The notes below the pieces were generated by a model. The model saw only the letters and a list, made by a program, of their open reading frames with translations, made no database searches and was not told where the DNA came from. A stretch of 32,000 nt of DNA from Nitrosopumilus maritimus SCM1. GTDB lineage: Archaea > Thermoproteota > Nitrososphaeria > Nitrososphaerales > Nitrosopumilaceae. Below, in pieces: positions 24,184 through 31,283 of the stretch; the first letter of the stretch is position 1; every line of letters begins with the position of its first letter. Location: positions 270,001 through 302,000 of the forward strand of contig NC_010085.1 in the NCBI RefSeq assembly GCF_000018465.1, given 5' to 3'. Position numbers and translations under genes: made by a program.

Positions 24184-27100
24184 TTGATATTGGATAAAAA
24201 TTGGCTATTTTTGCTAGGAATTTTCTCATTAATTCTAATTCCATCCATGAATGCTGATGCATCTAGTAATCCAAATCTTTCAGTATCTGCTGAAAATTCA
24301 GAATTTGGTAATCTTTTTGCAGGATCTATGGTAATTGAAGTAGTTATTCGTGATTCCAATATCTCTGACACTGATGAAGGCAAAGGCGAACCTGATGTCA
24401 CCATTAATGGTAAAACACTACGTATGGTTCAAGCTACAGATGGAAATTGGTATGCATATTTTGCAAATGTTGACAAGGCAAAAATTGCTGATGCTACTGT
24501 TGGTTTAACTGGTAAAGGATTAGACTTTGGAGAATTCTGTAGTCGTGATACTACAACATCTGTTTTTGGAATATCTCTAAGTGAAACTGATGGTTTTGCA
24601 ATTCCTAGGCCTGATTCTGTTACTGGATCTACAAACGGCAACTCATCTTTTTCTGAATGCACTTCAAGTCCTACAACCACTTCTAATCATAACAATGTCG
24701 TTAGAAATGCAAAATCAATCAATACAAATTCTAACATATCTGTTGGTCAAATTGGTTTAGATGCTGATGCATGGCCATTAATTCAACTTTATTCTTTTGA
24801 TGACGTAACAATACAATACAATCCTGGCGGACCTTCCCAACAAGTGTATCTTGATTATGATGAAATTGAGAATATCAGTTTAGGACTTGATAGGGAACTG
24901 TATCCTGAAAATTCTGAAGTATTTCTAACTATTAATGACATTCAGCTAAACCAAGATCCAACTGATGAAGACTCTTGGACATTTAATGTTGATTCTACTG
25001 TAAGTACATTTTATCAAGCATTTGATAATTCTGGAAATGATGATGCAAACGGAAATGCTGGATTGGTAAATCTTGTTCCACATCTTTCAAATTTAGGATT
25101 TGACGATAATGGAAAATTATCTCTCAACCTTGGAAATATTATGGAATTAAAAACAAACAATGACCAACCTGATTCTTCTATTGATGCTGATGGAGTGTCA
25201 AATACGTTTTCTAAAATTGTAACCCTAGTTGAACAAGGACCCAACTCTGGAATCTTCTCTAGTTCTGATTCTAATGATCAATCAGTAATCGGTATCAAAG
25301 ATGATGCACCTAGAGGACAATCTGGACAAATAACATACAACCAAAAATCTATTTCGGTAGTCTCTGGTTCTTCTACAGCTTCTGTTTCTTTTGATGATAA
25401 ACCTGTTTTAACAATAGGAAATGGTGACTCACTTAGGCCTGGTACTGAATATCCTGTATTGTTAGTTGATCCTGATCAAAATCTGAATACTGGTGCTAGA
25501 GATGATCTTGATGTCTTTAGAGACTCTGCAATTATTCCAACACTCACAATAGGGAATCCCATAACTTTGGAGAATGCAAACAGTGTTGAATTCCATTCTA
25601 CTTCTCCTACTATCTCTGGAGGTGATGATTCTAATTCATCTGTTCCTGATTCAAATTCTGCTATCTTACTAATTGACACCTCAAATGTCTCTAATGCTTC
25701 TTATGAGATGATATCGATTAATCTGGGTATTTCTGCCTTGTCTTTGGCATCCTCACTCATAGATTCTTCAGAATCTAATACTGATGGAACAAACTGGATA
25801 AATTATGATCTAAGATCTCTTGAAAATGAACTAGGACTTTCTGATTTTAGCAGTACTACATTTGCCCTTGCATTTGGAACCCGTGATTCTACTCAGATTG
25901 TAATTGTAGATGATGGTGATGTGTCGTCTTCTCAAGGATTTATTCAAATTGATAATGATGATGTTGAAAACATTAAAACAAAAACTGGCAATGTTTTTCT
26001 AATCATTGATTTTGATTCTTCTGACACAGTTACAATTTCTAATGAATCAAACAAACTTCCAATGGTTTTTGACTTTTTTTCATTTGGATTAAAAAATGAT
26101 AATAGTATAAACAATTCTATTTATCGTTTTGAACTAGAAGAGACTCGAGATAATTCATCTACATTTGAAGGTAGTCTTGAATATGCAGTTACAAATCAAC
26201 TAAACATAGTTGATCCAAATTTTATTCAAACTATTCAAACAATCGATGATGAAATAAAAATTATCATTACTGATAGATTAATTGATGAAGAAGGAATTGC
26301 AATCTCCTATGCTGATTTAGATTCATCTGGCGTGACAACAACGACTACAAGTAAATCTGATGCTGCAACGCATTCAGGAAATGTTTCTCTAGATTCAACA
26401 ACATTTCGATTTGGGCAACCAGTAACAATTACACTTAGCGACTCTGATCTTAATTTGAAAAGTGATACCGTTGAAATTTATTCAGTGATCAATGATTCAA
26501 ACTCTGCCAACGTTGATACTGTAGGTAAAGACGGGGAAATCTTACTAGAGATTAAAATCAAAGATATTCGTTACAAACGATGTACTGTCAATGGAGTTGA
26601 GCATGGTGGTTTAGCCTCTACTGGATTTACACTTGTAGAAACAGGACCTAGCACTGGAATATTTGCAGGAGTGTTCAAAATGCCATCTCAGATTTGTGAC
26701 AAAACAGGCTCAAAACTAATCTATACCTCTGGTGGAAGTATTGATGTTCGTTATCATGACTCTCGTGATGCTTCTGGAAATGCAAATATTTTCAGTTTGC
26801 TTGATTCAAAGTCATCTGTATCATTTTACACTCCTGCCAAATTAAGCCTAGAAAAAATGGTACTTCCTATGAGTGATTCAAAAGAAATAGTTCTGACAGG
26901 AAGTATTGAAAATCATAAACGAGGAATTCCATTATCTATTGAACTTACAAATCCTGATTACACAAAACAAAACTTTGGCGCGTCTCTAAGTAATAGCGGA
27001 GGTTATCGTTCTGTATTCACTATTAATCCAAATACTTTGCTTGGAACATATTTTGTATCCCTTTCATATGATGGTAAAAACCTTGGAACTCTCTCATTTG

Positions 27101-27375
27101 ATGTAGTTTCTGAAAATGTTCCTGATTGGGTAAAAAATAATGCTCGTTGGTGGTCTTCAAACAATATATCTGATGATGAATTTATTGGTGGAATAGAACA
27201 TCTAATTGAGACAGGAATAATTTCTATTGATTCCTCTGAACAAAATTCGACAGAACAAGAAATTCCCGATTGGATAAAAAATACTGCAAGATGGTGGGCA
27301 GATGATCAGATTCCAGAAGATGAGTTCTTAAAATCGATTCAATATTTGGTCAAAAAAGGTATAATTCAGGTATGA
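24184..27375 (+). CDS. large secreted Asp/Ser/Asn-rich surface protein with two C-terminal Trp-rich repeats
   Basis: The ORF is open from 24061, but the track's GTG start overlaps the divergent CDF gene by 37 nt. The first usable in-frame starts outside that gene are TTG 24184 and TTG 24190. These give (M)ILDKNWLFLLGIFSLILIPSMNA|DA, a good signal peptide. The first ATG (24247) lies after the hydrophobic core. Many N-x-S/T sequons and repeated ..L.D.D.N.. / ..LVE(T/Q)GP(N/S)(S/T)GIF.. modules. Confidence 0.75.
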   Translation: MILDKNWLFLLGIFSLILIPSMNADASSNPNLSVSAENSEFGNLFAGSMVIEVVIRDSNISDTDEGKGEPDVTINGKTLRMVQATDGNWYAYFANVDKAKIADATVGLTGKGLDFGEFCSRDTTTSVFGISLSETDGFAIPRPDSVTGSTNGNSSFSECTSSPTTTSNHNNVVRNAKSINTNSNISVGQIGLDADAWPLIQLYSFDDVTIQYNPGGPSQQVYLDYDEIENISLGLDRELYPENSEVFLTINDIQLNQDPTDEDSWTFNVDSTVSTFYQAFDNSGNDDANGNAGLVNLVPHLSNLGFDDNGKLSLNLGNIMELKTNNDQPDSSIDADGVSNTFSKIVTLVEQGPNSGIFSSSDSNDQSVIGIKDDAPRGQSGQITYNQKSISVVSGSSTASVSFDDKPVLTIGNGDSLRPGTEYPVLLVDPDQNLNTGARDDLDVFRDSAIIPTLTIGNPITLENANSVEFHSTSPTISGGDDSNSSVPDSNSAILLIDTSNVSNASYEMISINLGISALSLASSLIDSSESNTDGTNWINYDLRSLENELGLSDFSSTTFALAFGTRDSTQIVIVDDGDVSSSQGFIQIDNDDVENIKTKTGNVFLIIDFDSSDTVTISNESNKLPMVFDFFSFGLKNDNSINNSIYRFELEETRDNSSTFEGSLEYAVTNQLNIVDPNFIQTIQTIDDEIKIIITDRLIDEEGIAISYADLDSSGVTTTTTSKSDAATHSGNVSLDSTTFRFGQPVTITLSDSDLNLKSDTVEIYSVINDSNSANVDTVGKDGEILLEIKIKDIRYKRCTVNGVEHGGLASTGFTLVETGPSTGIFAGVFKMPSQICDKTGSKLIYTSGGSIDVRYHDSRDASGNANIFSLLDSKSSVSFYTPAKLSLEKMVLPMSDSKEIVLTGSIENHKRGIPLSIELTNPDYTKQNFGASLSNSGGYRSVFTINPNTLLGTYFVSLSYDGKNLGTLSFDVVSENVPDWVKNNARWWSSNNISDDEFIGGIEHLIETGIISIDSSEQNSTEQEIPDWIKNTARWWADDQIPEDEFLKSIQYLVKKGIIQV

Positions 27376-27420
27376 TCTGGTCAATTTTTCTTTCATTTAA
27401 TACATAAATACCCACAACCC

Positions 27421-28452
27421 ATGAAAAAAATGAAAATGAAAGTAGCAAGTATTTTAGCAATTACATTATTATCTATTTCAATTCTATCTTATGGTGTAAA
27501 CAATTCTGCCTTTGCAGCTAATTCATTCATTGAAGCATCATCCAGCTCTGGAAGTGTTGGCAATGGTGATCCTCTTGTTATATCTGGGAGCATTGTAGAC
27601 TATGAAGATGCAGGACACGCACTTACTTTCCAAATTATATCTCCTGATAACAGCATAGTTCAAATCGGTCAAGTAATGGGTAACATAGGTTCTGATGGTA
27701 CATTTGAAATGAACCTTACTGCCGGTGGTCCTTTATGGAAAACCGCTGGTGAATACACTGTCAAATTTTTCTATGGTCCTACTAAAGGTGATGCTACAGT
27801 AAATTATGCTGGTGGTGATACGCCTTCTACCCCAGAACCAACTGCACCAGAACCAGAACCAGAACCAACTGCACCAGAACCAGAACCAGAACCAACTGCA
27901 CCAGAACCAGAACCAGAACCAACTGCACCAGAACCCGAACCAATAACCTGTGGAGCTGGAACTGAAATGGTTAATGGTATTTGTCAAGTCATTGCTGAAC
28001 CAGAACCCGAACCAGAACCACAATGTCCAGCAGGATACTCATTCCGTGATGGAGTATGTGTTGAAGATGGTGGTGGTTGTCTTATTGCAACTGCAGCATA
28101 TGGAACTGAATTAGCACCTCAAATTCAATTACTTAGAGAAGTTAGAGATAACACTGTATTATCCACTGCTTCTGGAGCTACATTTATGACTGGATTTAAC
28201 ACATTATACTATTCATTTGCCCCAACTGTTGCTGATTGGGAAAGAGAAAATCCTATGTTTAAAGAATCAGTTAGAGCATTCATCACACCAATGATTTCAA
28301 CATTGTCTATTATGACATTGGCTGACGATGGTTCAGAAGTTGAAGTATTAGGATTAGGAATCTCTGTTATTGCACTTAATTTAGCAATGTACATTGCAGC
28401 ACCTGCATTAATTGGATTCAAAGTCCACAAATCACTCAAATCTAGAAAATAA
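27421..28452 (+). CDS. membrane-anchored secreted protein: beta-sandwich domain, (PE)n stalk, Cys-loop modules, CLIATAAYG-motif domain, C-terminal TM
   Basis: 343 aa. Signal peptide MKKMKMKVASILAITLLSISILSYGVNNSAFA, then PEPEPEPTA repeats, then ITCGAGTEMVNGIC and QCPAGYSFRDGVC. GGGCLIATAAYGTELAPQIQLLREVRDNTV follows, and the protein ends in a terminal TM helix plus KSLKSRK. Confidence 0.8.
   Translation: MKKMKMKVASILAITLLSISILSYGVNNSAFAANSFIEASSSSGSVGNGDPLVISGSIVDYEDAGHALTFQIISPDNSIVQIGQVMGNIGSDGTFEMNLTAGGPLWKTAGEYTVKFFYGPTKGDATVNYAGGDTPSTPEPTAPEPEPEPTAPEPEPEPTAPEPEPEPTAPEPEPITCGAGTEMVNGICQVIAEPEPEPEPQCPAGYSFRDGVCVEDGGGCLIATAAYGTELAPQIQLLREVRDNTVLSTASGATFMTGFNTLYYSFAPTVADWERENPMFKESVRAFITPMISTLSIMTLADDGSEVEVLGLGISVIALNLAMYIAAPALIGFKVHKSLKSRK
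27832..27945. repeat. perfect 27-bp tandem repeat (3 full copies plus flanking partials) encoding TAPEPEPEP
   Basis: The unit actgcaccagaaccagaaccagaacca occurs at 27841-27867, 27868-27894 and 27895-27921 with no mismatch. Partial copies lie at 27832-27840 and 27922-27945. A related PEPEPEPQ stretch is at about 27998-28023. Confidence 0.92.
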
Positions 28453-28502
28453 TCTTCTAGAATTACTCTAGGTTATTATACTGAAACACATTATCTTACT
28501 TC

Positions 28503-28826
28503 ATGCATATTGAATATGAGGAGTTTGATTCTGTTGAAGATTTTTTCATGTATTTGGCATCAGCTGCCCCACCCATGAAAAATACCATTCCAATCAATTC
28601 TTACAAGGAACATGTAATGTCATTTATTCCACTTAGTCCTTCTACTGGGGAAACATATCTGATGTTGTATGTCAAAGGTTCATTGGAACCTGGAATCTAT
28701 GAATTTGATGTTCCTTCAAAATCTTACAAAAAAGTAGACAATATTGAAAGAGCAGACAAAGTTTACTTCATCTCTTTGACACCCAAAAGAAATACGATTG
28801 CAGATACAGCTATTGCAAATCTATAA
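28503..28826 (+). CDS. hypothetical protein (107 aa)
   Basis: ORF-track ORF with no recognisable motif. Its 3' end overlaps the convergent radical SAM gene by 6 nt. Confidence 0.5.
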   Translation: MHIEYEEFDSVEDFFMYLASAAPPMKNTIPINSYKEHVMSFIPLSPSTGETYLMLYVKGSLEPGIYEFDVPSKSYKKVDNIERADKVYFISLTPKRNTIADTAIANL

Positions 28827-30401
28827 TTTCTTTGTTTGAATTTTAGGAGCAGATACTGATCTACTTCTAGCATATTTGTCAATTATCTCATCAGGAGTTC
28901 TTCCATTAAAGAGATCCTTGCACAATCCTCTGAGATATCTCATAATTGCCCAAGTTCCTGCCTTCAAAATTCCATACATGAAAACTTTCATTGGTGGACC
29001 GTAGGTCTTGTTTCTGAGAATAATTGGAATAATGTCATTAATTACTCTAAGGTTGTTTTCCCAGCATTTCCAAAATAGTGTAAATTGAGCTTCATTCAAG
29101 TTTCCAAAGTGCATTGAATTCTTTTCACTAAAATCTTGATACAATAATGGTGCTACTAATCCTCTAAAGTCCATTTCTCTAAAGTCGCTCATCATGTCAA
29201 TTGTATATTGAATATCATCCGGTGTTTCATCTGGCCAACCAATAATGATTGTAGCTGCTGGGAACCAGTGGTTCTCATTAAGAATTTTTGCACCTTCTCT
29301 AACTACACTGCCCCATTCTTCTGTTGAGAATGGTCTTGTTTTAACACCTAGGTGTTTTTTTACCATATCTGGTGCAACTGTTTCAATTCCTAAATTGGTT
29401 GCAAGCCATCTTCCTGATTGGTCCTGTCCATTTACATGAGAAATTTGTTGCATTAGTGTAGGATCTGCAGCAACTGCAGAAAATGTCATATGTGTAGTTC
29501 CAATAAAGTTTGCACCTAGTCCTTTTAGTGACTTCCACAAATCTGTAATTGCATCTCTGTTTGGAACAAAGTCTCTGTTATCACATCCATAAAGTAACAT
29601 TTCATCAGAATGTAACCAGATTGAGTCAAAACCGTAATCTAAATTAGTTTTTGCTTCGTGTTGTAATCTATCTATAGGTAAATCTTTTTTTGATCTCTTA
29701 TTTACATCACAAAAATCACAACCTCTTCCACAACCTCTCATTGCTTCAATCAATGAGTTGATTGTAGGACCTTCAATAACTGGAATATTTTCAAGGTTTC
29801 TTACAAAACAGTGCATCAATTCTGGTGCATCATTTTTCTCCAAATCTTGGAACAAATCAACTGCTAATTCATCTGCCTCTCCAACTACTACTGTGTCTAT
29901 TCCATGAATCTTCATTCTATCTGATTTTGCTAATTCCCATGCTCCGTTTCCTCCAACAACAACTTTGAAATCATATTTCTTTTTGAGCTGAATTATACTT
30001 GCACACATTTTTTTAAATTTCATTGCTACATACGACAATTTTTCTGGTGACATTGTTGTGGTAACTGGTGCCATTCCCAATGGATCCATCACATTGATTC
30101 CTACAACTTTGGTATCTGGACCAATTGATTTGTGCAACATATCTGGGTGTCCAATGAATACATCTTCTCTATTGTAACCTCCTTGAATCAATGAACTTTC
30201 AATTCTTCTTAATCCAATTTGTGCAACCTTTGCTTCCCCCGTGATTGGATCTGTTTCAACTGATGGACAAAACACTTTGTCAAAAACCCATTCTGGCAGA
30301 ACTTCATATGGTCCACATGCAATAAATCCATACAGAAAGTTTCCCCTGTAATTTGTCATTAAACTACGATCAGCAGTAAGTACAACACGTTTGCCGGACA
30401 A
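28821..30401 (-). CDS. radical SAM protein with N-terminal B12-binding-like (flavodoxin-fold) domain; possibly tetraether-lipid-synthase (Tes/GDGT-MAS)-like
   Basis: 526 aa. CxxxCxxC radical SAM motif in EAMRGCGRGCDFCDV. An upstream Rossmann-like segment (DFKVVVGGNGAWELA..IDTVVVGEADE). TTG start at 30401 immediately after an in-frame TAG (30404-30402). The specific family is unverified memory-based pattern matching. Confidence 0.75.
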   Translation of the reverse strand: MSGKRVVLTADRSLMTNYRGNFLYGFIACGPYEVLPEWVFDKVFCPSVETDPITGEAKVAQIGLRRIESSLIQGGYNREDVFIGHPDMLHKSIGPDTKVVGINVMDPLGMAPVTTTMSPEKLSYVAMKFKKMCASIIQLKKKYDFKVVVGGNGAWELAKSDRMKIHGIDTVVVGEADELAVDLFQDLEKNDAPELMHCFVRNLENIPVIEGPTINSLIEAMRGCGRGCDFCDVNKRSKKDLPIDRLQHEAKTNLDYGFDSIWLHSDEMLLYGCDNRDFVPNRDAITDLWKSLKGLGANFIGTTHMTFSAVAADPTLMQQISHVNGQDQSGRWLATNLGIETVAPDMVKKHLGVKTRPFSTEEWGSVVREGAKILNENHWFPAATIIIGWPDETPDDIQYTIDMMSDFREMDFRGLVAPLLYQDFSEKNSMHFGNLNEAQFTLFWKCWENNLRVINDIIPIILRNKTYGPPMKVFMYGILKAGTWAIMRYLRGLCKDLFNGRTPDEIIDKYARSRSVSAPKIQTKKL

Positions 30402-30424
30402 CTATCACATTTCGTTTAACTATG

Positions 30425-30432
30425 TTATATAT
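30425..30432 (-). promoter_or_regulatory. TATA box (ATATATAA) for the radical SAM gene
   Basis: Centred 27.5 nt upstream of the TTG at 30401. Confidence 0.45.
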
Positions 30433-30473
30433 CATTTACGAGGTTAATTTGCCTCTTGAATTGTAAATTTTCC

Positions 30474-31250
30474 TTATTCTTTTTTTCTTATTGTTCTGTT
30501 TGCAATATTGGCTGCAATCCCCCCTGCTGCAATACCATTGTCTATGTTTACAACAGATAGTCCTAATGAACAACTCTGAAGCATTGAAGCAAGAGCTGCA
30601 ATTCCTTTTTCTCCATACCCATACCCTACTGATGTTGGAATTCCAATAATTGGAATGTCTACTAGTGTGGAAACTAGTGTGGCTAGTGCACCCTCCATTC
30701 CTGCAGCTACTATGATGCAATCAACATCTTCTTCTATCATTTCTTTTAAAATTGGAAAAATTCTCTGAATTCCTGCTACTCCTACGTCATAACTTGTAAT
30801 GCATTTACAATTCATTGCCTCACAAACTAGTCTGGCTTCTTCAGCTACTCCAATATCTGAAGTACCTGCAGTTAGAATACCTACTTTTCCTCCCTGAAAT
30901 TTAATTGGTTTTTTGAATAACAATAGGGTAGATGATTTTTTTCCTGTCTTGACTTTGACTTTCAGTTTTTTTGCAAACGTCTGAATCTTTGGATAATCTG
31001 TTTTCTTTAATCTTGAAACAATAACTGAGTTTGATTTTTGCAAAGTCCTTTTTATGATTTTTCTAATATCTTCCAGTTCTTTTGTCTCTGCAAAAATTAT
31101 TTCTGGAATCCCTCTTCTTTTTCTTCTGTTGATGTCTATTTTGGCAATTCCTTCTATCTCTTCAATTGAATATATTGACAAAAGTTTTTTTGCATCATTT
31201 ATTGAAATTTTTCCTGTTTTTACGGCTTTAAGAATTTCATGAGTTTCCAA
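30474..31250 (-). CDS. larB: nickel-pincer cofactor biosynthesis protein LarB (PurE/AIR-carboxylase-like)
   Basis: 258 aa. GKVGILTAGTSDIGVAEEA, IIVAAGMEGALATLV, IPIIGIPTSVGYG and VVNIDNG..AG motifs typical of LarB. Confidence 0.8.
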   Translation of the reverse strand: METHEILKAVKTGKISINDAKKLLSIYSIEEIEGIAKIDINRRKRRGIPEIIFAETKELEDIRKIIKRTLQKSNSVIVSRLKKTDYPKIQTFAKKLKVKVKTGKKSSTLLLFKKPIKFQGGKVGILTAGTSDIGVAEEARLVCEAMNCKCITSYDVGVAGIQRIFPILKEMIEEDVDCIIVAAGMEGALATLVSTLVDIPIIGIPTSVGYGYGEKGIAALASMLQSCSLGLSVVNIDNGIAAGGIAANIANRTIRKKE

Positions 31251-31283
31251 TAATGGGTTTTTGTTTTATGGATAAAAAAAGGC

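Noticed and set aside
27733-28023. 96-aa minus-strand ORF rich in WFWFGFWF
   Set aside because: It is the antisense reading of the PEPEPE-coding tandem repeat inside the well-supported plus-strand gene 27421-28452. This is a repeat-generated shadow ORF.
27832-28023. Regularly spaced repeats considered as a possible CRISPR array
   Set aside because: The units are directly tandem with no spacers, are 27 bp in-frame coding repeats inside an ORF, and there are no cas genes in the window.
28060-30401. Radical SAM enzyme as a dedicated maturase of the Cys-motif (CLIATAAYG) protein
   Set aside because: The enzyme lacks a Cys-rich SPASM/twitch C-terminal region, is convergently transcribed with its own TATA box, and is separated from that gene by another gene. 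Adjacency alone is insufficient. The idea is kept only as a caveat in the findings.
30436-30720. 94-aa minus-strand ORF overlapping the 3' part of larB in another frame
   Set aside because: LarB motifs occupy the other frame across the whole region. The alternative product is Cys/Ser/Arg-rich noise.
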